Of a DNA stretch of 32,000 nucleotides, positions 8,498 to 16,436 are shown one piece after another. Under the pieces are notes generated by a model. The model saw only the letters and a program-made list of their open reading frames with translations. It ran no database searches and had not been told where the DNA came from. The number at the start of each line of letters is the position of its first letter. Within the stretch, counting starts at the first letter, position 1. The position numbers were made by a program, and so were the translations under genes. This DNA is from Idiomarina loihiensis L2TR (GTDB taxonomy: Bacteria; Pseudomonadota; Gammaproteobacteria; Enterobacterales; Alteromonadaceae), in NCBI RefSeq assembly GCF_000008465.1, contig NC_006512.1:1500001-1532000 (forward strand), given 5' to 3'.

Positions 8498-9946
8498 TTA
8501 ATAACTAAGTTTGATGTACTTAGTTTCCAAATATTCTTCAATTCCATGACGCCCGCCCTCACGGCCTATCCCCGACGATTTAACGCCGCCAAAAGGCACT
8601 GCCGCGTCAGATATAACGCCGCTATTAACACCAATCATTCCAACTTCAAGAGCTCTCGAAAGACGGTTAACCTGTCCTAAGTTCTGGCTGTAAAAATAAG
8701 CAGCTAATCCGGTTTGTTGCTGTCTGAGTTCTTCTAATAAAGCTGTCTCATCGTTGTATCGAACAATAGGTGCAACAGGCCCGAAAATTTCTTCATTCAC
8801 ACAACGCATAGAGCTATCAGCATTGAGTAACACAGTCGGGTAATACCAACGCTCTGAGTTTACCCACCGCTCTCCGCCGCAGGCGATTACGGCACCTTTT
8901 TTTACTGCATCTGCGACTATCTGCTCCACTTTTTCGAGTGCATTTTCATTAATCAATGGACCAATATCGACGGACTCATTTTTGCCGTTACCCAACATGA
9001 GTTGATTCACGCAGGCGATGAACTTCTCAGTAAACTCATCATAAACTTTGGTATGAATGTAAAAGGCATTGGCACATACGCAGGTCTGCCCCGCATTGCG
9101 AAATTTTGATTGGATAGCTCCTTGCACTGCACGCTCGACATCTGCGGTTTCACAAACAATAAAAGGCGCATTTCCGCCGAGTTCAAGTGAGAGTCGCTTA
9201 ATCGTTGAAGCTGATGAAGCCATAAGTAAACGCCCGACTCGAGTTGAGCCGGTAAAACTTAACTTTCTGACCACGGCACTTTCACTGAATATTTTGCCAA
9301 TAGCCTCCCCGTCGCCGGTTACAATGCTTAAAACACCTTCGGGAATCCCCGCCTGTATCGCTAACTCAGCAATTGCAATTGCTGTCAGTGGGGTTTCAAG
9401 AGCTGGTTTCACCAACATTGTGCAACCAGCCGCCAGTGCCGGCGCAACTTTTCGCGTGATCATCGCCGCAGGAAAATTCCAGGGTGTTATCGCAGCACAA
9501 ACACCTACCGGCTCAGTAATAACTATCATCGATTCATCGATTGACGAGTACGGCAGAACGCTCCCCTGGTCTTGCAGGCTTGGCTGCGCATACCATTGAA
9601 TGTAACTTGCTGCGTAACGTATCTCGCCTCGCGACTCAGATAATGGTTTACCCTGCTCACTGGTCAAAATGCCAGCAAGCTCCTCTTCCTTTTCATGCAT
9701 GAGTTGATACCAGCGGAACAGCTTCTCGCATCGCTCTCTGAGAGGAACGTCTCTCCACTTGTAAAAAGCGGTTTCCGCAGACTCTATAGCACGTAAAATT
9801 TGCCTCGGTGTTAAATCGGGTACGTGACCTATCACATGTCCAGTTGCAGGATCATCAACAGCTATTGAGCTTTTTGTTGACGTGCCAACCCGGCTGTTTT
9901 TTATTAACTCCACATTATCGGGCTGTAAAACTTGTTCATTATTCAT
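8498..9946 (-). CDS. NAD(P)-dependent aldehyde dehydrogenase, succinate-semialdehyde dehydrogenase (GabD)-like
   Basis: A 482-aa protein with the catalytic Glu motif LELGGNAP and the Cys motif FRNAGQTCVCANAF, plus ITPWNFP. It resembles GabD/SSADH overall. Substrate assignment is an inference. Confidence 0.85.
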   Translation of the reverse strand: MNNEQVLQPDNVELIKNSRVGTSTKSSIAVDDPATGHVIGHVPDLTPRQILRAIESAETAFYKWRDVPLRERCEKLFRWYQLMHEKEEELAGILTSEQGKPLSESRGEIRYAASYIQWYAQPSLQDQGSVLPYSSIDESMIVITEPVGVCAAITPWNFPAAMITRKVAPALAAGCTMLVKPALETPLTAIAIAELAIQAGIPEGVLSIVTGDGEAIGKIFSESAVVRKLSFTGSTRVGRLLMASSASTIKRLSLELGGNAPFIVCETADVERAVQGAIQSKFRNAGQTCVCANAFYIHTKVYDEFTEKFIACVNQLMLGNGKNESVDIGPLINENALEKVEQIVADAVKKGAVIACGGERWVNSERWYYPTVLLNADSSMRCVNEEIFGPVAPIVRYNDETALLEELRQQQTGLAAYFYSQNLGQVNRLSRALEVGMIGVNSGVISDAAVPFGGVKSSGIGREGGRHGIEEYLETKYIKLSY

Positions 9947-11315
9947 CGTTCGGTAAGTCCCTTTTTTGTTCTATGCGCCAGCGTTTTTGTTTTTTAACTA
10001 AAGTCGACTGATCAACTCCCAGAGCGCTGGCTGCCGCCCGCGTCGTACCGTGTATCAATAACGCCTCTTCAATTACTTTCTTCTCAAGCATCTCTACCTG
10101 CTCTTTTAGCGAGCAACCTTCACGCCCTAACGGCCTGTCAGTTGCTATTTCTATAGGTAACTGAGCCGTTGTGATCAGCGACTGTTCAGAAGTCACCATT
10201 AATCGTTCTGTCAGGTTAATCAGCTCGCGAATATTGCCCGGCCATTCATATTGTTTAAGACGAGCAATCACATCCGCATGCCAACGACAGTCCAGCTCAT
10301 AGTTTTCATTGAAATGGTTGAGATAATGTTCAAGCAGTACGGGGATTTCTTCCATCCTTTCTCGCAGGGGAGGCAGTTCAATCGGTACCACACTTAATCG
10401 GTATAACAAGTCTTCCCGAAAATGACTTTCGGCAACAAGTTTCTTTAAGTCATGATGTGTTGCAGAAATTAACCGAAAGTTCGTTTGCTTAAACGATGTC
10501 GCGCCGACCGGTAAAAACCGCTTCTCATCAATAACTTTAAGTAACTTGGCTTGAAGAGTTAGTGGCAAATCACCAATTTCATCAAGAAACAAAGTGCCAT
10601 TATTAGCCGCCTCAAGTAACCCTGTCTTGCCTTTCTCTGAGGCTCCGGTGAACGCCCCGGAAGCATAACCAAATAACTCAGACTCAAGCAGAGATTCTGG
10701 CATCGCGGCACAATTTAATTCAATAAAAGGCCCGTTAGCGACATTGCTGTAACTATGAATAGTCCGTGCAAGCAGTGTTTTCCCGGTACCTGTTTCTCCC
10801 TGTAGCAACACTTTTGCAGAGGAGCTTGCGACTCGTTTTGCGAGATCATAGCAAGCTCTCATTTGCCGACTAATGACAAAAGGCTCTTTATGGCCATCGG
10901 TTGAAACAGAAGCCCCATATTGCTCTCGTAAGCTCAGTAACTGTTCCAGCTTTTCCTGCGCTCTTTTAGCTTTTAGCAGCTCAGTGACATCCCGAACCGT
11001 GGTAACGATGTATTCAATACGCCCGTCGGAGTCGAACATTGGTGTACCAGAAACTAAAATTTGGTGCTCTTTACTTACGTCCTGCGTCAAAGTAACAGGT
11101 CTTCTTTCTTTCAAAACCTCCAAAGATACCGAGCGCGAAATATAGCCACGCTTCACAACTTCGGACATATGTAACCCCCGAAGCTTTTCCTTCGGAATAC
11201 CGGTAATACGCTCATAAGCCGTATTAACCGTTATCGTAATGCCGTTACCATCGGTGATATAAACACCGTCGCTCATCGCATCTAATACACGCTGTAACCT
11301 ATCGCTACCGAACAT
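9939..11315 (-). CDS. sigma-54-dependent transcriptional activator (PAS sensor + AAA+ + Fis-type HTH)
   Basis: The N-terminal PAS domain is LDAMSDGVYITDGNGITITVNTAYERITG. The AAA+ core has Walker A GETGTGKT, the sigma-54 contact motif GAFTGA and FLDEIG. The C-terminal HTH is TTRAAASALGVDQSTLVKKQKRW. I chose ATG 11313-11315 (MFGSDRLQRV); the track's 11354 start would overlap the upstream gene by 50 nt. Confidence 0.88.
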   Translation of the reverse strand: MFGSDRLQRVLDAMSDGVYITDGNGITITVNTAYERITGIPKEKLRGLHMSEVVKRGYISRSVSLEVLKERRPVTLTQDVSKEHQILVSGTPMFDSDGRIEYIVTTVRDVTELLKAKRAQEKLEQLLSLREQYGASVSTDGHKEPFVISRQMRACYDLAKRVASSSAKVLLQGETGTGKTLLARTIHSYSNVANGPFIELNCAAMPESLLESELFGYASGAFTGASEKGKTGLLEAANNGTLFLDEIGDLPLTLQAKLLKVIDEKRFLPVGATSFKQTNFRLISATHHDLKKLVAESHFREDLLYRLSVVPIELPPLRERMEEIPVLLEHYLNHFNENYELDCRWHADVIARLKQYEWPGNIRELINLTERLMVTSEQSLITTAQLPIEIATDRPLGREGCSLKEQVEMLEKKVIEEALLIHGTTRAAASALGVDQSTLVKKQKRWRIEQKRDLPNDE

Positions 11316-12666
11316 CGCTCTGCTCCTTTTTAGGTGCGCGCAAACGCCAGCCATATAGCAAAAAACATAACAGCAGCCCTGCAGCGAAAGCCCAGGTTGC
11401 TCCTTTAACTACAAGAATTGCCCCGATAATTCCAGCTATGCCCAGGTCGCGTTCCGTTTTTGCTTCCTGAATGCCAATACGAACGCTGACGTAGCCTTGT
11501 ATAAGCAAAGTCAGAGCTAAAGCAATTCCCAGAATCGGTTGAACTAAGCTAACCACCGGCAGAAGTAAAAGGCCGGTATTGGTTCCCCAGCGAAAAGAAC
11601 CCGCGCCTCCAAAAATGGAGTCCATAGCTTTCCGCCCTTTTTTAAAGCGCTCAACAATTACCACATGCATTGCCGCCCATAACGGTCCGCACATCGCAAC
11701 ATCAGGGCCAATAATACTCATACCAAAGTTGCGGGCACCAAAAATGAGATGCGCGCGATCGGCGTTGTAATCAATTTTTTCGTCCTGACGCATCTCATCT
11801 GCTTCCGCCAGAATAGCTTTGCTCTGTAACACATCGCCGAACAGCACAATATAAGCTGCCAGCACCGTTGGTATGGCAGTTAAAAACATACTGAGAGGCG
11901 GTAGCCCGACACCAAAAACGGTGTAATGCGCGAATAAGGTTGCGAAGTCAGGTGATGTTATGCCCCATTCGATATCTGGCCATGGAGCTTCTGAAGCCAG
12001 TGGTGCAATCACAATAGCCAAAGCGATAATGGGAAAAATGCCGAGCTTACCCAGTGCACGAAGAACCCAGTGTTTATTCTGAACCGTCGCAAAATGACGT
12101 GAAAAAATAAGATAAAAAGCAATGCCAACCGCAATTGAGATAGTAAACGGATAGGATTCGAAACGGCCTCCCTCCTCAAATACTACCGCTACCGCAGCTA
12201 ATCCGGAGCCCATGATGATCCCAGCTTTTATAGCACTGGGAATAAGCTGTACTACCCGTTTTGCAACACCGGATGCTCCCAGCCCAATAGCAAAAAGTCC
12301 CAGCATCATCTGAAACGCTATCAAAGCATGCACTCTCGCTTCCCCCTCCGGAAAGGTCGATACGTACATCATCAATAAAGGAATAGCGGGCGTTATCCAT
12401 CCTGGAACAACAGGGTCGCCCAATAAATGGTGCAACAAATAAAACGCGCCATTAATCAAAACAACCGCTAATGCCGCTTCAAATGGCATTCCCAGTAATT
12501 CGGTCATTAACGATATTGCCGCCAAATCGACGGCGCACATTAATAATCCCTGCAGATAGTCTGGCCACTCAAAGCGATAGTGCAGAAATGGCAATCTGAC
12601 CTTGAATGGTCCCATAGGCCAGAAAGGTGCTTCAGCCCCGTCTTTTCGTTGTTTCCATAACGACAT
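11305..12666 (-). CDS. polytopic inner-membrane permease, family not recognised
   Basis: A 453-aa, very hydrophobic protein with an estimated 11-13 TM segments read by eye. Shine-Dalgarno AAGGA is present, 11 nt after the ADH stop. I could not match it to a named transporter family from the sequence alone. Confidence 0.7.
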   Translation of the reverse strand: MSLWKQRKDGAEAPFWPMGPFKVRLPFLHYRFEWPDYLQGLLMCAVDLAAISLMTELLGMPFEAALAVVLINGAFYLLHHLLGDPVVPGWITPAIPLLMMYVSTFPEGEARVHALIAFQMMLGLFAIGLGASGVAKRVVQLIPSAIKAGIIMGSGLAAVAVVFEEGGRFESYPFTISIAVGIAFYLIFSRHFATVQNKHWVLRALGKLGIFPIIALAIVIAPLASEAPWPDIEWGITSPDFATLFAHYTVFGVGLPPLSMFLTAIPTVLAAYIVLFGDVLQSKAILAEADEMRQDEKIDYNADRAHLIFGARNFGMSIIGPDVAMCGPLWAAMHVVIVERFKKGRKAMDSIFGGAGSFRWGTNTGLLLLPVVSLVQPILGIALALTLLIQGYVSVRIGIQEAKTERDLGIAGIIGAILVVKGATWAFAAGLLLCFLLYGWRLRAPKKEQSDVR

Positions 12667-12677
12667 AATGAGTCCTT

Positions 12678-13841
12678 TTAGTAAGCGGCCTGATAAATTG
12701 CTTCGATATCATCGACGCTAAGTTCACGAGGATTATTTCTCAATAAACGAGTCACACCACTCGCCGCTTCAGCTATTGAACGCAGATCACTGCGTTCAAT
12801 ACCAAACTCTCTTAATCCGCCCGGAATTTCGACAGCCCGGCAGAGGGATTCAAGTTTCTCAATAACGAAGTCTCCTGCGTCGGCTTCGCTAATCGTTGCC
12901 TCGGCCCCCATCGCCAGCGCGATATTGAGAAAATCATTTGGGCAGGATGATAGATTCCAGCGCATGACGTGAGTGAACATCAGTGCATTACTAACCCCAT
13001 GCGACAAGTGATAACGCCCGCCCAGGGGATAAGCCAAGGCATGTACTGCACCAACTCCTGCATTTCCGAATGCCAACCCAGCCATTAAGCTACCGGTAGC
13101 CATACGCTCTCTTGCGTCGAGATCGTCAGGACGTCGATAAGCATCGGGCAAGGCGTTGACGATCATTTTTATGGCGCCTACTGATAACGCCCGGGTGATA
13201 TCTGAAGCAAAATTAGAAATATAACTTTCTACGGCGTGCACCAATGCATCAATGCCACTTGCTGCCGTTACAGATGGCGGGCAACTCTGCGTCAATTCCG
13301 GTGCAACAATCGCCACATCCGGCAGCAGTTCATCGCTGACAATCCCCTTTTTCAGTTGTGCCTCTACGTCTGACAGGATGGATATATTAGTGACTTCGGA
13401 GCCTGTTCCTGCGGTGGTCGGTAAACAAATTAAAGGCACGGTTCGCCGCGCACAATTGTTCTCGCCAAACAGTTCGTTCAAAGCTCTCTTCTCACTTTGA
13501 TATACCGCAACGGCTTTTGCGGTATCCATTGCACTGCCGCCACCAATTCCAATAATCCCATCACAGCTTTCATTAATGAAAACGTCACGGCACGATTCAA
13601 CGACATGGGTTTCTGGCTCCGCTGATATCTCAGAGTAAATAACAATACCCGTAATGCCCTGACTTTTAAGTTCGGCAACAATAGGTTGGATTAGCCCGGC
13701 ATCAAGTACGCCTTTATCCGTCACAATTAAGGGATGCCTCAAGTTAAGCCTGCACATCTCGGAAAATAGCTGGTTACTTGCTCCTGAGCCGGTAAGCAAT
13801 CGTCCCGCCGTTTTAAAAACCTGTACGCTATTAGCTGTCAT
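12678..13841 (-). CDS. iron-containing (group III) alcohol dehydrogenase
   Basis: A 387-aa protein with the GGGSAMDTAKA nucleotide/metal motif and the His-rich HALAYPLGGRYHLSHG motif of Fe-ADHs (FucO, DhaT and 4-hydroxybutyrate dehydrogenase relatives). Shine-Dalgarno AAGGAAA is present. It is the first gene of the operon. Confidence 0.88.
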   Translation of the reverse strand: MTANSVQVFKTAGRLLTGSGASNQLFSEMCRLNLRHPLIVTDKGVLDAGLIQPIVAELKSQGITGIVIYSEISAEPETHVVESCRDVFINESCDGIIGIGGGSAMDTAKAVAVYQSEKRALNELFGENNCARRTVPLICLPTTAGTGSEVTNISILSDVEAQLKKGIVSDELLPDVAIVAPELTQSCPPSVTAASGIDALVHAVESYISNFASDITRALSVGAIKMIVNALPDAYRRPDDLDARERMATGSLMAGLAFGNAGVGAVHALAYPLGGRYHLSHGVSNALMFTHVMRWNLSSCPNDFLNIALAMGAEATISEADAGDFVIEKLESLCRAVEIPGGLREFGIERSDLRSIAEAASGVTRLLRNNPRELSVDDIEAIYQAAY

Positions 13842-13885
13842 AGATTTCCTTCATCTATACCTTCAAGTTATGTCAATAAACTGTA

Positions 13886-13900
13886 GCAAAACCCGTACCA
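13886..13900 (-). promoter_or_regulatory. sigma-54 (-24/-12) promoter for the ADH operon
   Basis: The minus strand reads TGGTACG-GGTT-TTGCT, that is TGGTAC-N5-TTGC with GG and GC at the correct 10-nt register. There is one mismatch to TGGCAC-N5-TTGC. The -12 element lies about 45 nt upstream of ATG 13841. Confidence 0.7.
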
Positions 13901-13973
13901 CTCACAACAAAATTATATAACCCTTTGTTTTTAAATTACTTTACGTGACTTCACCTGCTGAAATTAAAATATC

Positions 13974-14024
13974 TTGATGAATTAAATCATCAATACACCA
14001 ATATTTGATGAGATATTTCATCAA
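13974..14024. promoter_or_regulatory. two tandem palindromes TTGATGA-N6-TCATCAA (candidate enhancer/UAS sites for the sigma-54 activator)
   Basis: Site 1 is 13974-13993 (TTGATGA attaaa TCATCAA). Site 2 is 14005-14024 (TTGATGA gatatt TCATCAA). The half-sites are identical and the sites are 31 bp apart, about three helical turns. They lie 75-125 bp from each flanking sigma-54 promoter. Confidence 0.6.
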
Positions 14025-14087
14025 ATAGTTAAATGTAAATACATTAAAAAATCATAAAAAACATAGAGTTACTCGAAGCCCACCGTT

Positions 14088-14102
14088 TGGCACAAGCATT
14101 GC
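14088..14102 (+). promoter_or_regulatory. sigma-54 (-24/-12) promoter for the porin gene
   Basis: TGGCAC-aagca-TTGC is an exact match to the TGGCAC-N5-TTGC core. It lies about 50 nt upstream of ATG 14154. Confidence 0.75.
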
Positions 14103-14153
14103 TACTCAAACCGCTGACATTAGTCAAATAATAAAAAACCAGGGATTATAAAA

Positions 14154-15314
14154 ATGAATAACAAATACACTATTTACCGGTCGCTAAGTATTGCAGGAAT
14201 GTTAATCAGTGGAAGCTCAGCAGCGCAGACAACTCCGGACTGGGATTTCAACTTTAACGGCTACATCAATGCACATGCGGTATACGCAAGCTGTGACGAC
14301 TCTGATAATACCGTCGCAGGAAACGCGCTGCTATGTATTGGTGAAGATGCTACGTCAGTATCAAATGGATACAGCCCCTCCAGCTTTCAATTCTCAGCAA
14401 CAACTCAGACACATGATTTCGATATAAAAGCATTTTTAGCAATTGAGCCAGGATCTACTGATAACAGTGCCTTTAACGGCAACGGAGACAATCGGGCTTA
14501 CCGAGCGTATTTTACAGTAGGAAATGACGATGTCGGAACGTTAAAAGTCGGACGCGGCTATGGAGTATTTGGCATTGATGTCGTTTTAGAGGATATGGCA
14601 TTGAGCGGTGTCGGTGCGCCGGCCTCAATTCGCAGCCCATTAAATACCTCGTTGGGTGCCGCGGGCTATGGCTATATTTTTGCCGACCGACTTTCTCAAA
14701 TTACATACAGTCGTGAACTAGGAGAAAACTTCCACGCTGATATCGGCATTTTTCAACCTTTAGATTCTGTCAGTTTCGGCGGTAATGGTTATGTTGGCGA
14801 TTCAGGTTCTGAACGCCCTGGACTTCATGGACGGCTTCGCTATAACTACGATTACGGGTTTATTTCAACAACTTTCTATAATCAAAAGGTCAGTACCTCA
14901 CTTGATGATTACAATGCAAAAGGAATCGATATCACTGCCGCCATTCAGCTTGATGACACTCGGTTATCACTCTCAGCTTTTGATGCGTCAGGCCTGGGCT
15001 ATTATGGCTTATTAATTGATGCTGCTGACATCAACGGCAGTCCACGCGACAGTTCAGGCTGGTTTACACAGCTAACCCATCAATTTGGTGCAACCAAAGT
15101 TGGCCTGAATTATGGCACGTCAAAAGTGGACTTAGCTGGCGTAGACAGCTTAGAGCAAGTCAAACAACAAACAAAAGTCAGCGCTGCCGTTTATCACACC
15201 TTATGGGAAATTTTTACGGTTTCGGCTGAAGTGTCGGCGCTAGAAGCAGAAAACCACATGAACCAAAGCATTAAAAACGAAGCTTTCAGTATCGGCTTTG
15301 CGCTGTCATTTTAA
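14154..15314 (+). CDS. outer-membrane porin (general/specific Gram-negative porin fold)
   Basis: Signal peptide (SIAGMLISGSSAAQ). The 386-aa body is rich in Gly/Tyr/Asp with alternating beta-strand patterning and a C-terminal FALSF signature. Confidence 0.8.
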   Translation: MNNKYTIYRSLSIAGMLISGSSAAQTTPDWDFNFNGYINAHAVYASCDDSDNTVAGNALLCIGEDATSVSNGYSPSSFQFSATTQTHDFDIKAFLAIEPGSTDNSAFNGNGDNRAYRAYFTVGNDDVGTLKVGRGYGVFGIDVVLEDMALSGVGAPASIRSPLNTSLGAAGYGYIFADRLSQITYSRELGENFHADIGIFQPLDSVSFGGNGYVGDSGSERPGLHGRLRYNYDYGFISTTFYNQKVSTSLDDYNAKGIDITAAIQLDDTRLSLSAFDASGLGYYGLLIDAADINGSPRDSSGWFTQLTHQFGATKVGLNYGTSKVDLAGVDSLEQVKQQTKVSAAVYHTLWEIFTVSAEVSALEAENHMNQSIKNEAFSIGFALSF

Positions 15315-15335
15315 TCATTAGCATTATTTTCAATA

Positions 15336-15372
15336 GACAGTCACTGCTCGCGCTTTCAGAGCAATGACTGTC
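15336..15372 (+). terminator. stem-loop after the porin gene (possible terminator)
   Basis: GACAGTCACTGCTC-(9 nt)-GAGCAATGACTGTC, with 13 of 14 positions paired. There is no U-tract afterwards, so function is uncertain. Confidence 0.4.
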
Positions 15373-15477
15373 AAACTGGCAGTTTAGTAGCTAAGCACCA
15401 TTTGAAAATCTCCTTCCTGTCTTCTAAATTCAATACTTTAGGTTCATTCAGCACTCCAACAGAAGTTGACCGAAGCA

Positions 15478-16350
15478 ATGACGAATTCAGGCATCATACT
15501 GGTGGCGTCAGCGGCGCTGTTCTGGGGACTGTCCGGCGGAATAGCCGGCATTCTAATCAACGACGATTGGAATGCCGTTTTAGTATCTTTTTGCCGGGGT
15601 GCTGTCGGGCTTATATTTGTGCTGATGTGGTTGGTTTTAAGACCTCGCAATAGTGGGTTCACTAACGGTAAGTTATGGTTGTGGTCTATCATCGCCGGGT
15701 TTGGGGTCTCCGGAAATTTCGCTTTTTATTTCTTCAGTATTTCTGAGAGCAGCGTTGCCGTTGCAGCGACACTCATGTATTGCGCCCCCATATTTGTTTA
15801 CCTAATTTCTTTCGCTATTAAAATTGAACGCCCCACGTTAAGCAAATGTGCTGCAATATTGTTAGTCATGGCTGGTGTCGTATTGCTCACCCGTGTGTAT
15901 CAAATCGACAGCAGTGGTATTACTCCTATAGGCGTCATAGCCGGACTTCTTTCAGGTATGTCACTGGCGCTTTTTATTTTTGGCTTTAAATACGCCGCCA
16001 GGCAAGGTAGTCCGCAGGCGGTTCTTGCAATCGCATTTTCTACCCTGACACTGGCTCTGGGGACATTAATTGATATAGAGGAAGCCGGCAGAGTCGTGAA
16101 CTCAGCAGACTGGCCGCTCTTTGCTATTCTCGGAGTACTGGGCGGTGGCGCATCATTTATTCTTTATATTATTGGGCTGAGAAGAACATTGCCCGCGCTG
16201 GCATCTATAGTGGCGACAATAGAACCCGTTACGGCAGCGCTATTCGGCGTGATTATTTTAGGTGAGGTGCTGGCTTACACGCAGGTACTAGGAATGCTGA
16301 TAATACTGGCTACGGTCACTGCGCTGGGTGTTTATTCGAGCAAACAGTGA
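15478..16350 (+). CDS. EamA/DMT-family transporter (second copy in the window)
   Basis: A 10-TM-like hydrophobic protein (ALFWGLSGGIAGIL; two EamA halves). I prefer the first ATG at 15478 to the track's TTG at 15466. Confidence 0.75.
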   Translation: MTNSGIILVASAALFWGLSGGIAGILINDDWNAVLVSFCRGAVGLIFVLMWLVLRPRNSGFTNGKLWLWSIIAGFGVSGNFAFYFFSISESSVAVAATLMYCAPIFVYLISFAIKIERPTLSKCAAILLVMAGVVLLTRVYQIDSSGITPIGVIAGLLSGMSLALFIFGFKYAARQGSPQAVLAIAFSTLTLALGTLIDIEEAGRVVNSADWPLFAILGVLGGGASFILYIIGLRRTLPALASIVATIEPVTAALFGVIILGEVLAYTQVLGMLIILATVTALGVYSSKQ

Positions 16351-16436
16351 AGCTTTTGCTCAGATTACCTCAGTGTATTTGTCCGGAACCCTGTTACAAT
16401 AACCACAGAAACCTGACACAGAAAGTGGCCCCTTTA

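Noticed and set aside
9069-9599. A 176-aa + strand ORF inside the aldehyde dehydrogenase gene, plus similar antisense ORFs at 168..362, 359..616, 520..858, 3302..3487, 3542..3886, 13252..13500, 19247..19504, 20469..20903, 23310..23642, 26206..26850 and 27694..28679
   Set aside because: All lie fully within, and antisense or out of frame to, genes with clear family signatures. Ala/Ser/Pro/Arg-rich translations like these are typical of shadow frames.
14019-14031. IHF-like site (cATCAAatagTTA) between the upstream palindromes and the porin sigma-54 promoter
   Set aside because: It violates the first W of WATCAANNNNTTR and overlaps the right arm of palindrome 2. In such AT-rich DNA a match of this quality is expected by chance.
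15402-15692. ORFs 15402..15653 (+) and 15444..15692 (-) ahead of and over the second EamA gene
   Set aside because: They overlap the hydrophobic N-terminus of the EamA transporter in other frames, and nothing independent supports them.
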